Part shown: positions 32,438 through 42,570 of the stretch, one piece after another | Layout of the letters: each line of letters begins with the position of its first letter | Numbering within the stretch: position 1 is the stretch's first letter | Assembly (NCBI GenBank): GCA_963785305.1 | Contig: CAWAUV010000007.1 | Span: 64,001 to 128,000 of the forward strand | Source of the DNA: an uncultured Planctomycetaceae bacterium | GTDB lineage: Bacteria > Planctomycetota > Planctomycetia > Pirellulales > PALSA-1355 | DNA: 64,000 nucleotides | Direction: 5' to 3' | The notes under the pieces: generated by a model | Databases searched by the model: none | The model's input: the letters and a program-made list of their open reading frames with translations, nothing else | What the model was told of the DNA's origin: nothing | Program-made: the position numbers and the translations under genes

Positions 32438-34641
32438 TTACTCGAGCCGATCGAGCGATTCGGCCAACTGTCGCACGATCGGCCCCGCGGCCGTCGCGCC
32501 CGAGCCGCCGTGCTCGAGCGCCACCACGATCACCCAGCGCGGGTTCTCGGCCGGTGTGTAGCTGGCAAACCAGGCGTGCTCCGCCTGGCCATCGATTTCG
32601 GCGGTCCCGGTCTTGCCGGCGAGCGTGGGCCAAGTCCGCCGCGCATCGTGGCCCGTGCCCAGCGGGTCGTCGATCGCGAGCCGCAGCCCCTCGCGAACAG
32701 CCGCCAAGGCGCTTGGCGAGATCGGCAGCCGCCGACCGAGCGGCGCCTCGCTCGCGGGCGCGACCGGCGCCGGCGAGCGGGTTTCAGCCCCGCGCTCGAT
32801 ATGCGGCCGCACCCAATAACCACCATTTCCCACGGCCGCAATCCAGGTCGCGACTTGCAGCGGGGTCGCGGTGAACACACCTTGGCCAATGGCTAGCGAT
32901 TCGGTGTCGGCGGCTTGCCAAGCGCGGTTTGCCAACCGCGCGAGGCTCGCCGGGGTGGCCATCCGGCCGGCCGCCTCGTCGGCCAATCCCGAATTCGTCG
33001 ATCGCCCCGCGCCAAATCGCTCGGCCCAAGCCACGAGCGGCTCCGGTCCCAGCGAGTCGGCGAAGTGAAAGAAATACGTGTTGCAGCTCATCGCCAGCGC
33101 CTCGGCCAGACGCACCTCGCCGTGGCCAATGCCTTGCCGACGAAACAGCGCGCACCGCATCCGATCGGGCTCCTCCAAATAGCCGCGGCAGCCATACGAT
33201 GTCTCGGGCCGGGCGACGCCTTGCTCCAAAAGCGCGATCGCGGTCACAATCTTGAACACCGAGCCCGGCGGAATCGCCATGCGGGCCACGCGGTCGAACA
33301 TCGGCTGCCCCGGCGCCGAGAGCCAAGCCACGGCCCGCTCATCGCCGTGAGCAAAAACATTGGGATCGAATCGCGGGGCGCTGGCCGCCGCGAGCAGTTC
33401 GCCCGAACGAATGTCCATCACCACCGCCGCCCCGCCGGTCGGAAGGTCGGTGGCATCGGGCACGCGGCCAGCAATCGCGCGATCGAGCAGCGATTCGGCC
33501 GCTCTCTGCAACCGGGTGTCGAGCGTGAGCCAAAGATCGCGGCCATCGACCGGATCAATCGTCGCCCGCGCCCCGAGGCGCTTGCCGCGATGATTGGTCC
33601 AGTGGACTCGGCGGCCCGGATGCCCGCGAAGCGATGCTTCGGCCAAGCGCTCGATGCCGGCCAGGCCGGCGGTTCGAGCGACGGATGCGCTGGTTGTCCG
33701 AGCGGGTGTTTCCGCGGACGCATCGACCGAAGCGGCGACATAGCCCAGCACGTTGGCCGCCGAGTCGCCGCCCGGGTAGACGCGCCACGGGTGTTCGACA
33801 AGCCGAATGTCGGCCCAGGATTCCGACGCGAGCAGTGCCCGAATCGCCGGAACCGCCTCGGGTGGCGCTTCATCGACGATGCGATGATACGCGTGCTCCT
33901 CGGCCACGACGAGCCGCTCGGGAGGCGCTGGGTGAATCAAGCGAGAAGAGATCGGCCGCGAGCCATCGCCACCAGCCAGAGCGAGCGCCGCCCGTGGCTT
34001 CGGGCGAATACTCGTTGCGATCGTTGTCGTGTTCGGCCCAGGCGTCGATCTGGGCCTGATGCTCGCGCCGAGCGCGTTCATCGCGCACGCTGTTGGCTCG
34101 CTCGGCAATGGTCTCGACTCGCGCTTGGATTCGCGCCGCGCGGCGACGCCACTGCGAATCGGTGAGCCCACACAGTCGGGCAAGCCGCTCGGCAAGGCGA
34201 TCGCGCTCGGCGATGATCGCTTGCTGGGCCTCGGCCACGCGCTCCGGGCGCCGTCGCTCGGCGGCCGAGAGCCGCGCGCGGGCTTGGCGGCGCAGGCCAC
34301 GCGGAATTGGGCGGCTGCTCGATCCAGCGATAGCGAACCTCGAGGCCGAGCGCTTGGGCATCGATGGCCAGCGGTTCGCCATGGCGAGACACGATGCGTC
34401 CGCGGCGGGCTGGCAGCACATCGACCTGCTCGCCGAGCCGACCGGCCGCCTCGCGAAAGGCATCGCCCTCGACGGATTCGAGCTGCGCAGCGCGAACGAA
34501 AATCGCTGCCAGCGCCGCGAAAAAACCGCCCAGCACCAGCCGGAGTCGCGCCGGCGACGCGCTCGCGCCCCACGGCTCCGAAGCCGAGCCTTGGCGCCGA
34601 GCGGCGAGGCGCCAATCGAAGAGTCGATCGGGTCGTGGCAT
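32438..34641 (-). CDS. Class B penicillin-binding protein (PBP2/MrdA-like), frameshifted in N-terminal half
   Basis: PARRGRIVSRHG, PGSVFK (SxxK), SCN (SxN), AGKTGTAE (KTG), HAWF. Confidence 0.9.
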
Positions 34642-34711
34642 TGGGAAGGATCGCCCCTTTTCGATTCGGGATCAGGCGGCGTCGCTCGATTCCATGCTGC
34701 CGCGCCAGGCG

Positions 34712-35719
34712 TCAATGCGGCTCCAGGCAGATCAGCGCGCCGCGGGCCACGGCTTCGCAAGCGTCGGGATGCACGCGGGCCGGCAACCCGGTGTGCTCGG
34801 TGACGAAGCGATCCATGCCGCGCAGGAGCGAGCCGCCGCCGGCAAGCGTTACCCCGTGGTCGACCAAGTCGGCGGCCAAGTCGGGTGGGCAATCGTCGAG
34901 CGTCGCGCGAATGGCGGCGAGCAATTGCCCAAGCACCGGCGTCAGCGCTTCGCGGACCTCTTCGCTCGACACGACCGCCTTGCGCGGCAATTGGCTGATC
35001 GTGTCGACGCCGCGGGCCTCGTCGACCAGTTCATCGGCCAAGGGATGGGCGCTCCCGATATCGATACGCAAACGCTCGGCCGCCTGTTGGCCGACGCGCA
35101 GCGAGAAGCGGCGCTTGAGAAACTCGGCGAGCGCGAGGTCGAAGGTATCGCCGCCCAGGCGAATCGAGCGCGAGGCCACGATCTCGCCCAGGCTCAGCAC
35201 GGCAATCTCGGTGGCGCCGCCGCCGATGTCGAGGATCATGCTCGCCACCGGTTCGAGAATCGGCAGTCCCACGCCCAGGGCCGCGGCCTTGGCCTTCGGC
35301 ATGACCAGCGATTCCCTCGCGCCGGCGCGCATGAGGCTATTGTGAATCGCCCGCTTTTCGACCGGAGTCGCCGCGCCGGGCGCCGTGGCCAACACTCGCG
35401 GGCGAGAGCGCCAGCGGCCGGGCCGGGCCTTGCGCAGAAACGAGCGAAGCATCGCTTCGCACAGTTCGAAGTCGGCGATGACGCTGGCCGAGAGCGGCCG
35501 GGTGACGGTGATCGACTGCGGAGCGCGGCCGAGCATTTGCCGGGCCAAGTGGCCGACCGCCGCGCCGCCGGCCAGCACTTTGCGACCGCCTTGCTCGACC
35601 GCCACCACCGAAGGCTCGCTGAGAACGATGCCTTCGCCGGCCAGGGCGATGCGCGTGTTCGCGGCGCCCATGTCGAGCGCCAGATCGGCGCCCCAGAATT
35701 CGAACAGTCGATCGAGCAT
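34712..35719 (-). CDS. mreB: Actin-like rod shape protein MreB
   Basis: ALDMGAANTRI, EPSVVA, DIGGGATEIAVLSLG, AERLRIDIG, LAGGGSLLRG. Confidence 0.93.
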   Translation of the reverse strand: MLDRLFEFWGADLALDMGAANTRIALAGEGIVLSEPSVVAVEQGGRKVLAGGAAVGHLARQMLGRAPQSITVTRPLSASVIADFELCEAMLRSFLRKARPGRWRSRPRVLATAPGAATPVEKRAIHNSLMRAGARESLVMPKAKAAALGVGLPILEPVASMILDIGGGATEIAVLSLGEIVASRSIRLGGDTFDLALAEFLKRRFSLRVGQQAAERLRIDIGSAHPLADELVDEARGVDTISQLPRKAVVSSEEVREALTPVLGQLLAAIRATLDDCPPDLAADLVDHGVTLAGGGSLLRGMDRFVTEHTGLPARVHPDACEAVARGALICLEPH

Positions 35720-35786
35720 CCTTGCTCCGTCGCGTTAATAGCCGCGTGTCGTGGGCGAGCACAAATCGGCGAACGGTACGCCGCGC

Positions 35787-36182
35787 TCACCGGGCGTGTA
35801 TCTTCCAATCGTAGCGTTGCAATTCGCCGTAGAGAAACGCGCAACCCACGGCGAGGGCCACGAAGGCCAACACCAGCAGCACGGTGTAGACATTGGCCCG
35901 CGGCTTTTCGAGCACGACGCCCGGCTTCGCCTTGCCGCCGCGTTTTCCTTTCTTCGGCTTCTCTTCTTCCTCCTCGACCGCTTCGCCGAGACCGCCGGCC
36001 GCGAGGCCCGGCGATGAGAGCCCGCCCGCGGCAAGACCGCCCCCCAGCCCGGCAGCGCCCAAATCGTCCACGCCGAGATCGGCAGCGCCGAAATCCACGG
36101 GCCCGAGCTCGCCGCCGAGTTCGGCGTTGAAGTCCTCGACCAGATCGTCGTCCTCAGCCGACTTTGAAGCGCGTCGCGACAT
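35787..36182 (-). CDS. Small protein, acidic/disordered N-terminus and C-terminal TM helix
   Basis: KPRANVYTVLLVLAFVALAVGCAFLY; overlaps upstream gene. Confidence 0.7.
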   Translation of the reverse strand: MSRRASKSAEDDDLVEDFNAELGGELGPVDFGAADLGVDDLGAAGLGGGLAAGGLSSPGLAAGGLGEAVEEEEEKPKKGKRGGKAKPGVVLEKPRANVYTVLLVLAFVALAVGCAFLYGELQRYDWKIHAR

Positions 36183-36990
36183 CGTCACCTTTCTGGATAG
36201 TGCCTTTCTTGAAGTCGGGAATGATCTTGCCGACCGCCCGATCACTGTCCGTCTTCATGACTCGCATGCGGCCCAGATAGTTGTTGCCGCGGTACACCTC
36301 GAGGGTGTTGCCTTCGTGCAATCCGTCGTCGGAGCCGAGCGACACTTCGAGCATATCCTGCTGGTTCACGGCCAACACCTTGCCGCGCAGGGGCGGCGGC
36401 GTGTCGCTCGGATCGAGCGAGATTCCCTTGACGAAGGCCAGATGCTTGAGCTGGGCATTGTCTTGGGCGAGCTGCTGATTGCGTTCCTTGAGCCGCGTGG
36501 TTGCATTCATCGCCTGATGCATTTGGTCGGTCAAGCTCACGACCTGGGCGAATTGTTTATCGCGATCGGCCTGGGTCTCGCGAATATTGGTTCGCAGCCC
36601 CTCGACCTCGGTCGTGAGTTTGTCGAGATTCTGCTGGGTGGCCGCCATGGCGGCGATCGCTTCTTGCTGCTTCTTGTCGAGCTCGTCGCGCTCTTGAGTC
36701 AGCCGCGTGATCTTTTCCTCGGCGGCGGCGCGATAGGTTTCTTCCTTCGCGATGGCTTGGCGCTTTTCGGTGGTTTCCTTCGATAGTGTCTCGGCCAAGA
36801 GGTCGCGAGTCTTCTCGAGATCGGCGAGCTCTTGCTTTTTCTTTTCGATCTGGGCCTTGAAGCCGGTTTCCGGCTTCTCGACCGCTTCTTTCCAGTTCTT
36901 ATGCGTGGCATAAACCGCGATCGCGAACGCCATGAAGATCGTGGCGGCGAACGGGATGATCACAGCGAAGATCTTGCCGACGAGATTCAT
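36154..36990 (-). CDS. TM-anchored coiled-coil protein with C-terminal beta domain
   Basis: N-terminal TM, long heptad-rich region, LEVSLGSDDGLHEGNTLEVYRG. Confidence 0.8.
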   Translation of the reverse strand: MNLVGKIFAVIIPFAATIFMAFAIAVYATHKNWKEAVEKPETGFKAQIEKKKQELADLEKTRDLLAETLSKETTEKRQAIAKEETYRAAAEEKITRLTQERDELDKKQQEAIAAMAATQQNLDKLTTEVEGLRTNIRETQADRDKQFAQVVSLTDQMHQAMNATTRLKERNQQLAQDNAQLKHLAFVKGISLDPSDTPPPLRGKVLAVNQQDMLEVSLGSDDGLHEGNTLEVYRGNNYLGRMRVMKTDSDRAVGKIIPDFKKGTIQKGDDVATRFKVG

Positions 36991-37269
36991 ACGACCCAAG
37001 CCTCGAAAGGGCTAATAACCAATGACACGCGAACGAAAAACACAAACTAGAGTGTACGCCAACCCCCATCCTGGCGCCACGTCGACCGCGACTCTTCCTT
37101 CCGCGCCGCCCAGTCGCGCCCCACCACGCTCGGCCAGCGCAACAGGCAATGCGCCGCAAGCGCGGGAGTGATCGGAATGAGCCGCGTGGAACAGGCGATC
37201 GATGCGCCCAAGTGACGATCTTGGTTGAAGATAGCCACCGAAAGAATAGCTGCCAGACCGGGTGCTTTT

Positions 37270-37298
37270 AGCTTAATTGCCCAAAGAGCCCATGTCAA
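37270..37298 (-). promoter_or_regulatory. Sigma70 promoter for the coiled-coil/mreB/pbp operon
   Basis: TTGACA-17 bp-TAAGCT on the minus strand. Confidence 0.65.
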
Positions 37299-37388
37299 AC
37301 AATTGCCCACGGAGCAACGAAAGGCCCAAAGTCGACGCGGGAAGACCGCGGGCGGACAAAAAATTCGCGGAAGGCCGCCTTTATCGGG

Positions 37389-37585
37389 GGAGGGGGGTTT
37401 ATAGGCCAGAACTTTGAAGTTTCCACCCGAAAGTACTACAACCTGCAAGACGCACGAATTTGACTATAGTGCCGATGGCGGCGCTAGCAAGTCACTGCTA
37501 TCGGTACCGCAAGAGGTGTTTTCAGGTCGTTTTCGTGCCACCGATGGGTGGAAACTTCAAAGTACTGGTTTATAGGCTCTTTTCC
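37389..37585 (+). ncRNA. Candidate ~200-nt rod-like structured RNA
   Basis: 40-bp closing helix (31 WC, 8 G-U, 1 A-A) plus two inner helices with further G-U pairs. Confidence 0.55.
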
Positions 37586-37596
37586 AGGTTGGCCCG

Positions 37597-37797
37597 TCAA
37601 TCCTCCCCTTCAATCCGCCGGCTTTCATTTCCTTCGACCGTTTCCTCGTCGGGCGGAGCGTCGTAGGGCACGCGCTGCTCTTCGTTGAGCCAGCGGCCGA
37701 GGTCGATTTGCTTGCATCGCGGGCCGCAAAATGGCAATGCGCGGCTTTGTTCTCTCTCGAACATGGCGCCGCAGATCGGACAGGACATTCGCGACAT
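37597..37797 (-). CDS. yacG: DNA gyrase inhibitor YacG
   Basis: CPICG..PFCGPRCKQIDLGRWLNE. Confidence 0.92.
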   Translation of the reverse strand: MSRMSCPICGAMFEREQSRALPFCGPRCKQIDLGRWLNEEQRVPYDAPPDEETVEGNESRRIEGED

Positions 37798-37833
37798 GGG
37801 ACTCACGCACTTCCTTGACCACACCGGGCCGAC

Positions 37834-38241
37834 TCACTCCGACTTCCCGCCACGGGGCTTCGAGCCCTTGGACGACGACTTGCTCTCGCCGCCACCAGCG
37901 CTTTTATCGCTGGCGGACCCACCGCCGGAAGCGCCGCTACTTGAAGGCGCATCGCCGCTGGATTTGCCGCCTGTATCGCTTTTGCCGGAATCGGACTTGC
38001 CGGCATCGCTCTTGCCCGCCTCGCCGCGGTCGGCGCTGGCCTGTTTCTTATACGACTCGCTGCGATAGTCGGTTTCGTAGAAGCCCGAGCCTTTGAACAC
38101 CACTCCCGCGCCGGCGCCGATCAAGCGGCGGAGCTTGTTCTTCTTGCATTCGGGACACTTCTTGATCGGATCGTCTTTCATCGACTGAAACAGCTCGAAC
38201 TTGTGTTGGCAAGCGTCGCACACATAGTCGTAGGTTGGCAT
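37834..38241 (-). CDS. FmdB-family zinc-ribbon protein
   Basis: MPTYDYVCDAC..CPEC..FKGSGFYETDY, low-complexity S/G/K tail. Confidence 0.9.
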   Translation of the reverse strand: MPTYDYVCDACQHKFELFQSMKDDPIKKCPECKKNKLRRLIGAGAGVVFKGSGFYETDYRSESYKKQASADRGEAGKSDAGKSDSGKSDTGGKSSGDAPSSSGASGGGSASDKSAGGGESKSSSKGSKPRGGKSE

Positions 38242-38309
38242 CGCGATACACCGAATCTCAAGAGCAAGGAACAAAATGACCCCGCGCGCGGCACATGAGC
38301 AACGAACGG

Positions 38310-38981
38310 CTACGACGCCTGCGACACCACGACCTGGGCCGGGCGCAACACGCGGTCGTGAACCACATAGCCATCGACCGCCACGGCCATGACGGTGTGC
38401 GCGGGCAGTTCGGGCGCCGGTTGCTGGGCGATGGCCTCATGAAACGCGGGATCGAACGGCATGCCCATCGCCTCGATCTTCTTGCAATGATACCGAACGA
38501 GCAGCGCCTCGAAGCCTTGGGCGACCATGCGAATGCCCTCGACCATGGGCGCCGTGGCCGCGTTTTTTTCGATCGCCGCGATTGCTCGCTGCATGTTGTC
38601 GAGCGCCGGCAACAGATCGCGCAGCAACGGCACATTCGCGTAGAGGCGTTCGTCGTCGAGCTCGCGGCGAGCCCGCTTGCGGAAGTTTTCGAGCTCCGCC
38701 TGGGCGCGAAGCATGCGGTCGGAACAGCCTTCGAGTTCGGCCTTCAGGCGTTCGATCTCGGCGGGCGCTTCGGCCGTGGCGCCTTGCGCGGCGGAGCCTT
38801 GTCCGGTGGCGCCTTGTCCGGCGGAGCCTTGTCCGGTGGCGCCTTGTCCGGCGGAGCCTTGTCCGGTGGCGCCTTGTCCGGCGGAGCCTTGTCCGGTGGC
38901 GCCTTGTCCGGCGGAGCCTTGTCCGGTGGCGCCTTGTCCGGCGGTGTTCGTGGTGGAACGCGGCGTTTCATCTGGAGCCAT
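38310..38981 (-). CDS. grpE: Nucleotide exchange factor GrpE
   Basis: LRAQAELENFRKR, LLPALDN, FDPAFHEA, RVLRPAQVVV. Confidence 0.95.
   Translation of the reverse strand: MAPDETPRSTTNTAGQGATGQGSAGQGATGQGSAGQGATGQGSAGQGATGQGSAGQGATGQGSAAQGATAEAPAEIERLKAELEGCSDRMLRAQAELENFRKRARRELDDERLYANVPLLRDLLPALDNMQRAIAAIEKNAATAPMVEGIRMVAQGFEALLVRYHCKKIEAMGMPFDPAFHEAIAQQPAPELPAHTVMAVAVDGYVVHDRVLRPAQVVVSQAS
38791..38940. repeat. 30-bp tandem repeat, 5 perfect copies, in grpE 5' region
   Basis: GCGGAGCCTTGTCCGGTGGCGCCTTGTCCG at 38791, 38821, 38851, 38881, 38911; encodes GQGATGQGSA. Confidence 0.97.
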
Positions 38982-38992
38982 GACTGAAATCC

Positions 38993-40133
38993 TCAACTCT
39001 CGGTTGTTTCCGGCGCGAAATAGTCTTTTACCTTCTCGAAGAAGCTTTTGCGATGCGGGCTCACGTGCGCGTGCTCGAGCTCGGCCAGTTCACGCAGCAA
39101 CTCTTCTTGGCGAGGTTGCAGCTTCTTGGGAACTTCGATATTGACCTGCACCAACTGATCGCCCACGCCGCGGCTCCGCGGATGCGGCAATCCCCGGCCG
39201 CGAAGCTTGAACACTTCGCCGCTTTGCGTGCCCGGCGCCATGCGAATCGTGTCGGGTCCGTCGAGCGTGGGCACTTCCAGATCGCAGCCGAGCGCGGCCT
39301 GGGAATAGGTGATCGGCATGCGCACCACGAGATGCTGGCCATCTCGCTGGAAGAGCGGATGTTCGCGCACCGTGATGAAGACATAGCAATCGCCCCGCGC
39401 CGCCCCGCGGATTGGGTTCGCCTTCGCCGGCAAGCCGCACCCGCATTTCGTCGTCGATCCCGGCCGGAATCGCCACCTCGCGCTTCACTCGCCGCAGCAT
39501 ATAACCTTCGCCGCGGCAGCTCGGGCAGGGGTCTTTCACCACGCTGCCGACGCCCTGGCAAGCCGGGCAGGTCGTTTGCACTCGGAAAATGCCGGTCTGC
39601 TGTAATATCTGCCCGCGGCCGCCGCAGTAATTGCATTCTTCCCGGCCCTTGCTCGACTTGGCGCCCGAGCCATGACACTTTTCGCAGGCCTCGTGGCGCT
39701 CGAACTCGATGGTCTTGGTCACGCCGCGAGCCGCCTCGACCAGGTCGAGCGTGAGATTGGCCCGCACATCGGCGCCTTTGGTGGCCTGGCGATTTCGCCG
39801 GCCGCCGCCAAACATTTCGCCAAACGCGCTATCGCCGAAGATATCGCCAAACGCCTGGAAAATATCGGACACATCGCGAAAATGGGCGCCGCCGCCACCG
39901 GGACCGTCGATGCCGGCATGTCCGTGGCGGTCGTAGCGAGCCCGCTTTTCCTTGTCGCTCAGAATCTCGAAGGCCTCGGCGGCTTCCTTGAAGCGAGCGA
40001 TCGCTTCTTCATCGCCCGGATTGCGGTCCGGATGGAATTTGAGCGCGAGCTTACGGTATGCGTCGGAGATGGCTTTGTCGGTGGCGGTGCGTTCGACCGA
40101 CAGCACCTCGTAGTAACAGCGTTTGGTGGCCAT
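38993..40133 (-). CDS. dnaJ: Molecular chaperone DnaJ (frameshift near 39400)
   Basis: HPD J-domain, G/F region, four CxxCxGxG motifs, C-terminal domain in second frame. Confidence 0.96.
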
Positions 40134-40384
40134 TGGCGCCATGGCGGATTCGGTCGCGAAAGTAAATGCGTTTTGGAATTATAGGCGCTCGATCGTCCGG
40201 CGTGAGCCCCAATTTGCCGCGCTGGAAGGCCAAATTGCCGTGCTGGGTGGAGTGGAATCGCCAACTGAAAAACGAGTCAAAAAACGCTTGGCCCCGCGAC
40301 TGTGTCCCGTCGCGCGGCTTCCATCGCGCGGTTCCGTCAAGCAGCTCCATCATGCGGGTTGATGGCAAGGCATTTTGCCGCCGC

Positions 40385-40431
40385 GCCGCAAGCGGGCCAT
40401 CTCGCGCTTGGCGAGATGGCCCGCTTGCGGC
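40385..40431. repeat. Perfect 21-bp inverted repeat between groEL and dnaJ
   Basis: GCCGCAAGCGGGCCATCTCGC-GCTTG-GCGAGATGGCCCGCTTGCGGC. Confidence 0.85.
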
Positions 40432-40480
40432 TTGAGCGAAATCGCGAACGCGGCCCTCGGGCGCCGCGCGCATTTCCCGA

Positions 40481-42100
40481 TCAGCGAATGCTGCCTTCGA
40501 CACGCGTCTTGGCCTTGTCGTCCTTGTCGTAGGTCGTGACCAGGGCCTCGGTCGTGAGCATCAGGCCCGCAATGCTGGCGGCATTGCCCAGGGCGCTGCG
40601 CACCACCTTGACCGGATCGATGATGCCGGCCTTGAGCATATCGACATACTTGCCGGCATTGGCGTCGTAGCCGGTGTTCGTCGGCTTGCCGCGCACTTCG
40701 TCGACCACGACCGAGCCGTCGATCCCGCCATTGTCGGCGATTTGCTTCATCGGGGCCGACAGTGCCCGCAGCACGATCTCGCAGCCGACTTTCTCATCGC
40801 CCTTGGCCGAATCGCGCGCTTTTTCCACGACCTCGGTGCAGCGCACCAGCGCCACGCCGCCGCCCGGCAAGATGCCTTCTTCCACCGCGGCGCGGGTGGC
40901 GTGCAGGGCGTCTTCCACGCGGGCTTTCTTCTGCTTCATGTCGGCTTCCGTATCCGCGCCTACCGAGATAATCGCCACGCCGCCGGTGAGCTTGGCCAGC
41001 CGCTCTTGGAACTTCTCCTTGTCATATTCGCTCTCGGTGGCTTCGATCTGATTGCGAATCTGTTGAATGCGGTTCTGGATATCGGCTTGCTTGCCGGCGC
41101 CGTTGACGATGGTCGTGGTGTCCTTGTTCACCGTGACCTGCTTGGCGCGGCCCAGATGCTCGAGGGAGATGCTTTCGAGCTTGACGCCGAGATCCTCGCT
41201 AATGAGCGTGCCGCCGGTGAGCGTGGCGATATCGCCCAGCATCGCCTTGCGGCGATCGCCAAAACCGGGCGCCTTGGCCGCGCAAATCTGGAGCACCCCG
41301 CGGAGCTTGTTCACCACCAGCGCCGTGAGCGCTTCGCCTTCGATATCCTCGGCGATGATCAACAGCGGCTTGCCCGAATGGGCGACCTTCTCGAGCAGCG
41401 GCACCAGGTCGCGCAGGTTCGAGAGCTTCTTTTCATGGATGAAAATCAGCGCGTCCTCGAACTGGCAGTCCATGTCGCCGGGACGATTGATGAAATAGGG
41501 CGAGATATAGCCCTTGTCGAACTGCATGCCTTCGACGAAGTCGAGCGTGGTCTCGGCGGTCTTGCCTTCCTCGACCGTGATCACCCCGTCCTTGCCCACC
41601 TTCTCCATCGCGTCGGCCAGCAGATTGCCGATGAACGGGTCGCTATTGGCGCTGATCGAGCCGACCTGGGCGATTTCGTCTTTCTTCGACACCGGCTTGC
41701 CCAGCGAATGCAAATGCTCGATCGCCGCGCTCACGGCCTTCTCGATGCCGCGACGCACCGCCATCGGATTGCTGCCGGCGGTGATATTGCGCAGGCCTTC
41801 CTTGAAGATGGCCCGGGCGAGCACCGTGGCGGTCGTCGTGCCGTCGCCCGCGATATCCGAAGTCTTGCTCGCCACTTCGTTCACGAGCTTGGCGCCCATG
41901 TTTTCGAAACGGTCCTCGAGCTCGATCTCCTTGCTCACCGTCACGCCGTCCTTGGTCACGGTCGGACCGCCAAACGACTTGTCGATGATCACATTGCGGC
42001 CGGTCGGGCCCATGGTCACCGCGACCGCGTCGGCCAGCTTATCCACGCCCTTGAGCATCTTGGCCCGGGCGACGTCCTCGAATAACAATTGCTTTGCCAC
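40481..42100 (-). CDS. groEL: Chaperonin GroEL (paralogue without GGM tail)
   Basis: [30 protein letters not shown]. Confidence 0.98.
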   Translation of the reverse strand: MAKQLLFEDVARAKMLKGVDKLADAVAVTMGPTGRNVIIDKSFGGPTVTKDGVTVSKEIELEDRFENMGAKLVNEVASKTSDIAGDGTTTATVLARAIFKEGLRNITAGSNPMAVRRGIEKAVSAAIEHLHSLGKPVSKKDEIAQVGSISANSDPFIGNLLADAMEKVGKDGVITVEEGKTAETTLDFVEGMQFDKGYISPYFINRPGDMDCQFEDALIFIHEKKLSNLRDLVPLLEKVAHSGKPLLIIAEDIEGEALTALVVNKLRGVLQICAAKAPGFGDRRKAMLGDIATLTGGTLISEDLGVKLESISLEHLGRAKQVTVNKDTTTIVNGAGKQADIQNRIQQIRNQIEATESEYDKEKFQERLAKLTGGVAIISVGADTEADMKQKKARVEDALHATRAAVEEGILPGGGVALVRCTEVVEKARDSAKGDEKVGCEIVLRALSAPMKQIADNGGIDGSVVVDEVRGKPTNTGYDANAGKYVDMLKAGIIDPVKVVRSALGNAASIAGLMLTTEALVTTYDKDDKAKTRVEGSIR

Positions 42101-42166
42101 GATGGCGATTCCTCTATTGGATTTGAAATGCGTTGGATGAACAACGGCCGGAAAAAACGAACGCCA

Positions 42167-42466
42167 CTAGCTCAGCAGCTTGGCCAAGATATCGCTCTCG
42201 CGAAGGATCTTGACATCCTTGCCGTTGACTTCGATTTCCGTGCCCGAGTACTTGCCGTAGATCACCACATCGCCCACGGCCACCGAAAGCTGTCCGCGGC
42301 TACCCGAGTCGAGCAACTTGCCGGGACCAACGGCCACGATCGTGCCGCGCTGCGGCTTCTCGCGAGCCGAATCGGGCAGCACGATGCCGCCGGCGGTTCG
42401 CTCCTCGGCCTCGGTCGGTTCGACAACAACACGATCATCCAGCGGACGCAAGCTTGTCTTCGACAT
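42167..42466 (-). CDS. groES: Co-chaperonin GroES
   Basis: [30 protein letters not shown]. Confidence 0.98.
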   Translation of the reverse strand: MSKTSLRPLDDRVVVEPTEAEERTAGGIVLPDSAREKPQRGTIVAVGPGKLLDSGSRGQLSVAVGDVVIYGKYSGTEIEVNGKDVKILRESDILAKLLS

Positions 42467-42570
42467 GAATCAGATCCTTATCAGTGGGTTTGTTGTGATT
42501 GTTCGCGGAACAAAATATCGCTGATCGACGACCCCGCGCGGGGCGAGAAAGATAGGGACGCGGGCCGAGC

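Noticed and set aside
38791..38940. CRISPR-like 30-bp repeats
   Set aside because: Head-to-tail with no spacers, inside grpE, no cas genes
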